Shown here: piece by piece, positions 57,133-64,000 of the stretch
Layout: each line of letters begins with the position of its first letter
How positions within the stretch are numbered: the stretch's first letter is position 1
Origin: Bdellovibrionaceae bacterium UBA1609
GTDB taxonomy: Bacteria > Bdellovibrionota > Bdellovibrionia > Bdellovibrionales > UBA1609
DNA: 64,000 nucleotides
Assembly (NCBI GenBank): GCA_002321895.1
Contig: DCMZ01000012.1
Location: 5,658-69,657 of the forward strand
Reading direction: 5' to 3'
Program-made: the position numbers and the translations under genes
The notes under the pieces: generated by a model
Seen by the model: only the letters and a program-made list of their open reading frames with translations
What the model was told of the DNA's origin: nothing
Database searches by the model: none

Positions 57133-57160
57133 AAAAAAAGCAGGCAATAGCCTGCTATTT
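57133..57160 (-). terminator. Rho-independent terminator downstream of tRNA-Leu
   Basis: AGCAGGC-aata-GCCTGCT hairpin flanked by A7 and T5, giving a T run on the minus strand. Confidence 0.55.
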
Positions 57161-57161
57161 T

Positions 57162-57248
57162 TGGTGCGCCAGAGAGGACTTGAACCTCCACGGGGTTGCC
57201 CCCACTAGGCCCTCAACCTAGCCTGTCTACCAATTTCAGCACTGGCGC
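57162..57248 (-). tRNA. tRNA-Leu (anticodon GAG)
   Basis: Reverse strand reads GCGCCAGTGCTGAAATTGGTAGACAGGCTAGGTTGAGGGCCTAGTGGGGGCAACCCCGTGGAGGTTCAAGTCCTCTCTGGCGCACCA. Long variable arm, anticodon loop TTGAGGG, encoded CCA. Confidence 0.9.
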
Positions 57249-57431
57249 ATCTGTGTAGAACGCAACAATCTAATCCTAATTCGCTGATTGGTCAATTGGA
57301 TATAAGTTATTAATTATACAAGAGAAATGCAAGATGCCTAAGGTTTGGTCGGAAGGGAAGAGCGTTCATCTTTGGATTTCATCTTTTAATTTCTATGCTA
57401 TTGTTTCGTCTCTATATTTGAGGAGTGTGAC

Positions 57432-57929
57432 ATGGAACAAAATGTATGTGCTTGTGGTAGGGGTCCCCAGTTAACCGAGTGTTGTTTGCCAATCATTAAA
57501 GGGGAGCGTCCAGCAGAAACTGCGGAAGAGCTTATGCGCGCTCGGTACACCGCCTTTACATTAAAAGACATGGACTTTGTCGCTGAGACTCACGATCCGG
57601 CCACTCGTGATGAAAATGATATGGAGGCCAATTCGAAGTGGGCTAACGAAGCCGAATTCGTTGGATTAGAAGTGCTCGACACTGAGTTAGGGCAGGCAAA
57701 GGATTCAAAGGGATATGTGGAGTTTAGAGCCCAGTTTAAACAGGCCGGTAAAACTCAATCCCATCACGAGCGTAGTTTGTTTTTAAAGAAAAAAGGAAAG
57801 TGGTTTTTTAGTGAAGCTAAGAATCCGGAAATCACTACCTTTGAGCGCGCCCAACCTAAAGTGGGTCGCAATGATCCTTGTATTTGTGGTAGTGGCAAAA
57901 AATTTAAAAAATGTTGTGGCCGAGACTAA
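57432..57929 (+). CDS. ychJ: YchJ family protein (UPF0225, SEC-C motifs)
   Basis: N-terminal CACGR...CC and C-terminal [23 protein letters not shown] motifs. MRARYTAF core is collinear with E. coli YchJ. Confidence 0.8.
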   Translation: MEQNVCACGRGPQLTECCLPIIKGERPAETAEELMRARYTAFTLKDMDFVAETHDPATRDENDMEANSKWANEAEFVGLEVLDTELGQAKDSKGYVEFRAQFKQAGKTQSHHERSLFLKKKGKWFFSEAKNPEITTFERAQPKVGRNDPCICGSGKKFKKCCGRD

Positions 57930-58051
57930 GTGAGAGTCGTTAGGACTTTAGATTGAATAAACGTTGATGTTTTAAACTGAAACGGTCGCAGGGCTTTCGT
58001 TTAAAAATAACTAGGAAATTTCGGGAGGTTAAAATTTTGAATCTCCTCATC

Positions 58052-58080
58052 TTGACAAATTTTTAAGAATATAAATAATT
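58052..58080 (+). promoter_or_regulatory. Candidate sigma-70 promoter
   Basis: TTGACA (58052-58057) followed at about 16-17 nt by AATAAT/ATAATT. About 80-nt leader containing the AAGCCC-n9-GGGCTT hairpin before the ORF at 58159. Confidence 0.35.
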
Positions 58081-58158
58081 ATATTAAGCCCGTTATTGTG
58101 GGGCTTCTTTATGTAAACCGTTGGCGATAGCCACACACGTAATAAAGGAGGTTCATTT

Positions 58159-58485
58159 ATGAAGGACTTATTACCCATCAAATACATTGGCTTTGAGCCC
58201 AATGAAAAAATCCGCAGAGCCGCCATAGAAGCTTTGGACCGCATCGAGCGGTTGGCACCTTCAGACAGTTCTATAGTTCTGACGGTGGAGAAGTTTCAAC
58301 AGAAATATGTGGCCACATGTCGAGTGGTTTCTATTTCTTCACAAATGGTGTCTGAAAGTGTCCACAAAAATGTCTATAAGTCATTGGAGTTGACCGAGAC
58401 GCGTATGTTGAAGAGGATCGAAAAATGGAAACGTAAAAGGACTAAGCAAAATATTTTTGTGAGTCCCGAGCACTTGTACGTATAA
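58159..58485 (+). CDS. Small basic-tailed protein, possibly an HPF/RaiA-like ribosome-associated factor
   Basis: Strong SD AAAGGAGG. 108 aa. The pattern I..GFE..EKIR..A...L.RIERL.......V.L.VEK......A...V and KR-rich C-terminus loosely parallel short HPF. Not verified. Confidence 0.35.
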   Translation: MKDLLPIKYIGFEPNEKIRRAAIEALDRIERLAPSDSSIVLTVEKFQQKYVATCRVVSISSQMVSESVHKNVYKSLELTETRMLKRIEKWKRKRTKQNIFVSPEHLYV

Positions 58486-58540
58486 AACGAATTGATCCTA
58501 GGGGAGAAGGATTAGCCCCTAGGATTTTAAAATTTTAAAA

Positions 58541-60535
58541 CTAAAATGAAGATTCAAAGGCACCAGAGTCACAAGTCGAGGAACGAGGGAATCCCGTTTG
58601 ATCTTTTGGTGTACAACTGCCACTGATTCCGTTGTTCAGGGCCTGACTTGTAGACTGTAAAGGGAAAACTTTTGAATATCCGTAAAAACCATATCCTAGA
58701 GTATCTAACAGCGGGTCCACACCCGGTAGATCATTAGTGCCTGCGACTCCGCAGCTTGCATCTTCAATCACATTTCCACCTGCCGAGTTGAAACCACCAC
58801 CGCCAGCGCAGTCATTGTTTCCAGGGTTTATAAATATGTTATTAACAAGCTCCAAAGGGCTACTTCCGCTATTAAAAATCATGTCTTGAGATCCATTTCC
58901 ATAAATCGTGTTGTGAGTCAGGTAGATGGTGTCGGAGGCTCCCTGTGAAGAGTAGATCTCTGTACCACCACTAGCTGCGGTATTGTTGTAGATGGTGTTG
59001 TTTTTAATATAATGATTAGCGCTCGATCCCGCCGTTATTAGAATAGCCCCACCTTGGGTGGCCGTGTTGAGCTCAAAAGAAACCCCTTCAATAATGGATA
59101 TTAGTGCTTGCGAAGCTATGGCGCCACCACTGCCACCGGTCGAACTGTTCGATTCGAAATGAGAGGAATACACATTTAAATAGGCTGCAGTGTTTCCGAG
59201 ATCAATCGCACCGCCATTAATATCGGCCACATTGCCATTAAATTCACTGTCTTTAATAGTGAGCTCACCAGTAGAAGAAAGGGCAATTGCGCCACCACCA
59301 CCACCGGAACTCGCATTGTTACCGGAAAAAAGTGAATTGCGAACTGTGAGGTCACCACCAGTCACATTGACAGCTCCGCCGTAACCTCCGGCGGATTCTC
59401 CGTTTACGGCACGTAAATGTACCAGGTACAAATGGGAGAGTGTTCCGGACTGTTCAAAAAGACGGTTGGTGCCTTGGGCATTGAGTTCTGTATTTGCACT
59501 TCCTTGGCCCACAACATGAATTTCTCCGGAATAGGTGATTGAAATAGCAGAGGCAAAGTTGATAGAGCCAGTCGGCACCATGATGTGATAGTTTCCAGAG
59601 CCACCGGCTTCAATCTCCTCAATGGCGGCTCTCAGTGAGCATGCTCCACCACCATTATCACAGAAGCCATCCCCCGGAGAGCTGTCTGAGTCATCGGTCA
59701 AAATATCGACATTGAAAAAATTTGGGATTTCAATATTCAAGCTGCCGCTAGTGGTCCCATATTCGGTGGTCATAGTGACGGTGTAGCTCGATAGAGCGGT
59801 GACCGCGGTGGGTGTCCCCGAAATTCCTCCAGTGCTGGGATCAAAAGTAAGGCCCGTAGGTAAGCTTGCTGGTGATATAGAGAAAACAGGCGTGCCGTCA
59901 CCAATATAGCTTGGAAAGGCATTAAAGGGTTGACCTGAAAAACCATACAGCACTTCTTCAAAATAATTTAAATCACTAGGAGGAGTGTCCCCTGGGACTG
60001 TCGTCGAGGAGCAATCTGCGCTGAGGCCATCAGTGGTAGAGATGTCACTGGTCATACCTGGAAAATCTAAATTGAGTGTGATTTCCATTTCCGGATCTAT
60101 CATTTTTAAGCCGCTTTGAGAGGCTACCCGATAGACATTACTGTAATTCACTCCTAATGGATCCCAGAACGGACAAAGCTCAGTGCTGGTTTCATCTATG
60201 AGGTAAACTAAAAGTTCGACCTCTCTTTGCTCGCCAAAAGGTACGATGATTTCCATGGCGTTTTGCCCATCTACCGCCTGACCTAAATTGTAGAACCCAT
60301 CAAATATCCCCAGCTTTGGATGGCAAGTCGAACCAAGGCCATCGAGATCAGGAGCTTTCACATTGAGTGCGTAACAGGCTTTATAACCTGCTGGGATAGG
60401 ATTGCTGGCAAAGGACTGAATGGCATCACTGGTTATGGTAACTTTGGCGCCATTGGCTTTGCCTTCGCGCGTACAGCCAGAATTTAAAAAGCTGGCGGCC
60501 ACTATAAATAGAGTCAATACGTTCCACATCTTCAT
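58541..60535 (-). CDS. Secreted (possibly lipidated) beta-helix protein with He_PIG Ig-like domain, CSLREA-like motif and Pmp-type GGAI/FxxN repeats
   Basis: Signal peptide ending FLNSGC. LPTGLTFDPSTGGISGTPT (putative Ig domain), GACSLRAAIEE, and repeated FSGN/FNGN/FESN/FELN with GGAI (x4) and GGAV. Confidence 0.7.
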   Translation of the reverse strand: MKMWNVLTLFIVAASFLNSGCTREGKANGAKVTITSDAIQSFASNPIPAGYKACYALNVKAPDLDGLGSTCHPKLGIFDGFYNLGQAVDGQNAMEIIVPFGEQREVELLVYLIDETSTELCPFWDPLGVNYSNVYRVASQSGLKMIDPEMEITLNLDFPGMTSDISTTDGLSADCSSTTVPGDTPPSDLNYFEEVLYGFSGQPFNAFPSYIGDGTPVFSISPASLPTGLTFDPSTGGISGTPTAVTALSSYTVTMTTEYGTTSGSLNIEIPNFFNVDILTDDSDSSPGDGFCDNGGGACSLRAAIEEIEAGGSGNYHIMVPTGSINFASAISITYSGEIHVVGQGSANTELNAQGTNRLFEQSGTLSHLYLVHLRAVNGESAGGYGGAVNVTGGDLTVRNSLFSGNNASSGGGGGAIALSSTGELTIKDSEFNGNVADINGGAIDLGNTAAYLNVYSSHFESNSSTGGSGGAIASQALISIIEGVSFELNTATQGGAILITAGSSANHYIKNNTIYNNTAASGGTEIYSSQGASDTIYLTHNTIYGNGSQDMIFNSGSSPLELVNNIFINPGNNDCAGGGGFNSAGGNVIEDASCGVAGTNDLPGVDPLLDTLGYGFYGYSKVFPLQSTSQALNNGISGSCTPKDQTGFPRSSTCDSGAFESSF

Positions 60536-60598
60536 AACAAAGTCCTATCGGACTTTTGGCGGTAAATGCTGAGCGTGGAGACGTGTTAAATTGAGATT

Positions 60599-61402
60599 TT
60601 AGTTTTTTGCCAGCTGTTGATTGATGCGGGAAGTGTTCTGGTTGAGCTCGATGCAAGTGGCCGGGTCATCAGAAATAAGGTAGGTCAAACCTGTATCAAT
60701 GTAATCCATCATTTTATGGGAATCATTGATGGTGAAGGCGGCGACCTCTAATCCGCGATTCATAAGTCTATTTACAGTTCGGATACTGGGTTTACTCAAG
60801 CCCACACCATCATAGCACTTTTTGGCAAACAAGCTGGAGGAGGCCAAATGCAGAACCTTTGCCCCACCTTCAACAATAGGCCCGACAATGGAGCTTTCTA
60901 CAATTTTTTTAAGGGCACTTTTTTTGAAAGATATAAATGTAAGTCTCTCTGGGTGATCGCTGTAATAGCGTTCGATGATTTCCATAGTCGTTCTCGAAGG
61001 TTTGTCCTTAAGTTCAAAAAAGAAGCGAACATTGAGTTGATGGTAGCGCTCAAAAACATCCAACAGGTGAGGGATTTCTTCTCCATTTTTTAAAATGCAC
61101 TGACTTTGAATCTCTTCCCAAGTGAGATCAGAGATTTTGGTGCGGAGCGGGCATGTGGCCCCGGCGCGATGAGTGGCCGTTTTTTTGAGAGTGCTATCGT
61201 GCATTAGGATGGGTTCTTTGTCGCTGGTGTGATGAACATCAAATTCTATGATTTTGGCACCAATTTGGTAGGCGGATTCAATGGAGGCCATCGAGTTTTC
61301 AAGCTCCTCCACATTGTTACCTCGGTGGGCAACACATTCTGTGGCTTGAGCGTTCATAGTAAAGGCGACGAGTAGGGTGGATAGCGCAATAAAGTATTTC
61401 AT
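60599..61402 (-). CDS. Secreted glycerophosphodiester phosphodiesterase (GDPD family)
   Basis: Signal peptide. VAHRGN...ENSMASIESAY..GAKIIEFDVHHTSDKEPILMHD matches the GDPD catalytic His/Glu/Asp pattern. Confidence 0.85.
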   Translation of the reverse strand: MKYFIALSTLLVAFTMNAQATECVAHRGNNVEELENSMASIESAYQIGAKIIEFDVHHTSDKEPILMHDSTLKKTATHRAGATCPLRTKISDLTWEEIQSQCILKNGEEIPHLLDVFERYHQLNVRFFFELKDKPSRTTMEIIERYYSDHPERLTFISFKKSALKKIVESSIVGPIVEGGAKVLHLASSSLFAKKCYDGVGLSKPSIRTVNRLMNRGLEVAAFTINDSHKMMDYIDTGLTYLISDDPATCIELNQNTSRINQQLAKN

Positions 61403-61555
61403 AGGGAAATTCTCAAACGATTTGAGTTTAGACTGTACTGATCATTTGGGAACTAGCTAATAGTCTAGGCATTAGCTAACAGTTTTCAAATTTAGGGGGC
61501 ATGCTAGGAATTTGGGGGCAATAGACAATCCATGGGAACTTGTTAAAATCAATTT

Positions 61556-61954
61556 ATGAAACGCATTCCATTGGAGGAAATCTCCTTTCAGTTTGATCGA
61601 AGTTCTGGCCCGGGCGGGCAGAACGTGAATAAAGTGAACACAAAGGTCACTTTGCGTTGGGATATTTCAGTGACGAAGTCAGTTCCTGATGATGTGAAGC
61701 ACAGGTTTGTTCAAAAATTTGCGAATCGGGTGAATCAGGGGAGTGAAGTCGTCCTTCAATGCGATAAATACCGTTCCCAAAACCGTAACAAGGAAGCGGC
61801 TCATCGTTTATTAAATGAGATGGTGACCTCGGTTTGGCGTCCACCTAAAGCTCGGAAAAAGACCAAACCCAAACGATCGGCTGTAGAAAAGCGATTAAAA
61901 AATAAAAAACGTCATTCAGAAACCAAGCAGAACCGTAAGCCGATAAAGTATTAG
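61556..61954 (+). CDS. arfB: Alternative ribosome-rescue factor ArfB (YaeJ, peptidyl-tRNA hydrolase)
   Basis: GGQ motif SSGPGGQNVNKVNTKV, YRSQNRNKEAA and a Lys/Arg-rich C-terminal tail, collinear with E. coli ArfB. Confidence 0.85.
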   Translation: MKRIPLEEISFQFDRSSGPGGQNVNKVNTKVTLRWDISVTKSVPDDVKHRFVQKFANRVNQGSEVVLQCDKYRSQNRNKEAAHRLLNEMVTSVWRPPKARKKTKPKRSAVEKRLKNKKRHSETKQNRKPIKY

Positions 61955-62233
61955 GCAAGTCCGTAGCGGGTTCTCGAGCCTCTCGTAGGAAAAAATGTAT
62001 AGTTTTTGAAACCTTGCCCAAGTAGGACCTCTTTGCGGTAGGACGTCCCATAGGGGTTGTGTTGGATCTGGATGAGCTTTCGCACCTCATCCAATAGGGA
62101 TTTTATAAACTAATTTAAAAACTTTTCAGTCCGAGGCCGGGACTCACTTGTTAATTTGGTGCTGTTCTACCCTAATGGTACAACACGTCCATTAAACCCA
62201 AGACCCCTAACCCAATAATATAAGGAGTACCTT

Positions 62234-62779
62234 ATGAAGTTACTAGTTATGACCCTTGCTGCAGTGATCGCATCTGCGAACGTTTCTCTTGCATCTCCAC
62301 GTTGTGAAGAGCGTGTAAGTCAGTTTCTTGACGAAATCACAACCGTTGGTGGACCAGCTGTTCAAACTTACCGTGACAAGATCGACACCACTGAAATGGT
62401 GACTGTTGAAGATGCGCAGCCATTAATCATTGCAACTATGGCTGAACTAGAGAAAACAATTCTTTTTGCAGCCCTTAATGCTAAGACACCTGAAGAAGTG
62501 GATGCCGTTGATGGTGTGGCTTTCATGGGTTTAGATGCTCTTTCTGACATTGCGGCTTCTCATGCTGCTGAGTGTGCTGCTCTTGCTGACGCTGTTAAAG
62601 CTAAGTTGGAAGAAGCATCTGTTAAGTTTTCTTCATTAGCTTACGACACTAAGTCTACAGCTCTTGAGAAAATCCAAGCGGCTAAAGCTGAAACTTCTGT
62701 ATTAATCGAAGAAACTATCGAGCAGCGTGATTATGACCGTTGTATCGCTAGCGGTAAAAAGCCTAAGCAGTGCAAATAA
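62234..62779 (+). CDS. Hypothetical secreted Ala/Glu-rich helical protein
   Basis: Strong SD TAAGGAG. Signal peptide MKLLVMTLAAVIASANVSLA. 4 Cys at the termini. Confidence 0.55.
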   Translation: MKLLVMTLAAVIASANVSLASPRCEERVSQFLDEITTVGGPAVQTYRDKIDTTEMVTVEDAQPLIIATMAELEKTILFAALNAKTPEEVDAVDGVAFMGLDALSDIAASHAAECAALADAVKAKLEEASVKFSSLAYDTKSTALEKIQAAKAETSVLIEETIEQRDYDRCIASGKKPKQCK

Positions 62780-62820
62780 TCTGGTAATTGTTTTACCATA
62801 TTTCACTATGGAAATATCAA

Positions 62821-62852
62821 AAAGCTCTCAGTCCTATCTGAGGGCTTTTTTT
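62821..62852 (+). terminator. Rho-independent terminator
   Basis: AGCTCTCAG-tcctat-CTGAGGGCT hairpin (1 mismatch) followed by T8. Confidence 0.6.
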
Positions 62853-62891
62853 ATGTCCAAAATAGGTACTTCCATTGCATAGTTATTGGCT

Positions 62892-64000
62892 ATGAAGTTT
62901 GCAGTGTCCTTGTTGGTTGGCCAACTACTGGTTTTTAACTTAGCCTCGGCAGAGGTACGTAGTGCGGAGTTGTCCTTTTTGCCCCATTCCGCATCTTTCC
63001 TTGCCCAGTGGAAAGGGGCTATCGCTCAAGAGGATTCCGCCCAGGGGCACCGGTCCCTAATAGAGCGTTTTGATTTGGCCGCAAAGACTGCGCTAAAAGC
63101 CAAGCCCATGGCTCCCTACATTGAATACAATTACACCCGTCCACTTTGGCAGTTGGGGTGGAAGATCAAGTTCTGGCATGGCTTCTGCGATGACCGGAGT
63201 CGTTCTTCCTTGGATCCGAAGATTCATCAAATGGTGATGGCTCAAGACGCCATTGATTGCAATGGTATTGAGTTCTCACAAGGGGAGCTCAAGGAACTGT
63301 TCACCGCATTTTCCGATCACAGTGCGCCTTCCGTTTATCTGGGCGGGGTCACTGAGGAACGGTTGGATCCGCGGGCTCGTGAGATCACCGGTTTTGATGA
63401 CGTTCATCCTCATAAGATGCATGAGTTTATTTTTAATCAGCTGGAGACGGACAGAGGATTTATTGTAGAAGAGAAGGCAGATGCCTCCGTTAACAATGTG
63501 GCGGCATTCAAAGCGGAATCAGAGTCTTTTAATCTTTCTTTAAAGCAGATCTTAGATCAAGGCTACGTACTGAGAATTCCTTTGATGCAGGTCACGGCCT
63601 CCAGTGAGGCCTCAGCGTTTAAACATTTACAGCACATTCAATCGGAAGTTCGCAAAGTGACTTTGCAGGAAGCTCCACGCTATCAGGCTATAGAGGAGAA
63701 GATACAGGCGGGCGAGGATTATGATGAGGATTACCTAGCCCAGCGCACGCAGAAAATTATTGAGGAGCGTGAGGCCAGTAAGATTGCGTTGAGGCAGTAC
63801 ATAAAATCACATAAAAGAGAGCTTCGAAAAGTGGCCCGCCGGCACACGAGAGTACAAAGTAAAGAGAGGGCACTTATTAATGCAGCTCTTAAGCAAAACA
63901 ATGCCATGGAGTTTTACTATGAGTTTATGCGATTTGTGGGTGTAAAGTTTTTTCGAGAGAAACAGTGGAAGCTGAATGGAGATATAAAGTTTGTGGCTTT
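62892..64000 (+). CDS. Secreted protein, 5' part only (open to the right edge); possible thiol-enzyme motif
   Basis: Not in the ORF track because there is no stop. ATG 62892 opens MKFAVSLLVGQLLVFNLASA (signal peptide) and stays open for 369 codons. Contains LIERFDLAAK...FWHGFCDD, then a charged helical region. Confidence 0.5.
   Translation, partial: MKFAVSLLVGQLLVFNLASAEVRSAELSFLPHSASFLAQWKGAIAQEDSAQGHRSLIERFDLAAKTALKAKPMAPYIEYNYTRPLWQLGWKIKFWHGFCDDRSRSSLDPKIHQMVMAQDAIDCNGIEFSQGELKELFTAFSDHSAPSVYLGGVTEERLDPRAREITGFDDVHPHKMHEFIFNQLETDRGFIVEEKADASVNNVAAFKAESESFNLSLKQILDQGYVLRIPLMQVTASSEASAFKHLQHIQSEVRKVTLQEAPRYQAIEEKIQAGEDYDEDYLAQRTQKIIEEREASKIALRQYIKSHKRELRKVARRHTRVQSKERALINAALKQNNAMEFYYEFMRFVGVKFFREKQWKLNGDIKFVA

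Noticed and set aside
61955-62233. A 279-bp intergenic region after arfB with several hairpins (GGATGAG-n9-CTCATCC at about 62068-62090, AGTCC-n7-GGACT at about 62129-62145). Considered a small RNA (SRP, 6S or tmRNA).
   Set aside because: No conserved motifs of SRP, 6S, RNase P or tmRNA are recognisable, and the 81-aa reverse ORF there looks spurious. It would need Rfam and RNA-seq evidence.

Overview
This is a gene-dense, moderately AT-rich 64-kb chromosomal segment with about 60 protein genes and 2 tRNAs (Arg-UCG, Leu-GAG). I found no rRNA, CRISPR array, transposase, integrase or phage genes. Recognisable housekeeping genes are lnt (partial), htpX, clpS-clpA, dnaJ and dnaK, queF, two RNA methyltransferases, ctaA plus a cytochrome c, rarD, wecE, a Fe3+-type ABC importer, a LysR regulator, ychJ, arfB and a GDPD phosphodiesterase. 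They are interleaved with an unusually high number of signal-peptide-bearing enzymes and orphan secreted proteins. These include an S8 subtilisin, two SLT-type lytic transglycosylases, an S41 protease, a trypsin-like protease, a roughly 1040-aa lipase-headed protein, a 944-aa two-HKD phospholipase D-like protein and a 788-aa protein with a permuted-papain-like signature. There is also a Pmp-repeat/CSLREA beta-helix protein, two FecR-domain paralogs and many small Cys-containing secreted proteins. Together with a type IVa pilin, this looks like the exported arsenal of a predatory Bdellovibrio-like organism; that taxonomic guess is inference only. The most unusual locus is 47038-50184. A phased 11-bp direct-repeat array and a structured leader precede a signal-peptide-bearing protein with two tandem amidoligase-like modules. 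A single in-frame TAG interrupts that protein in the middle of its first module. All family assignments come from motifs read by eye and need HMM or BLAST confirmation.
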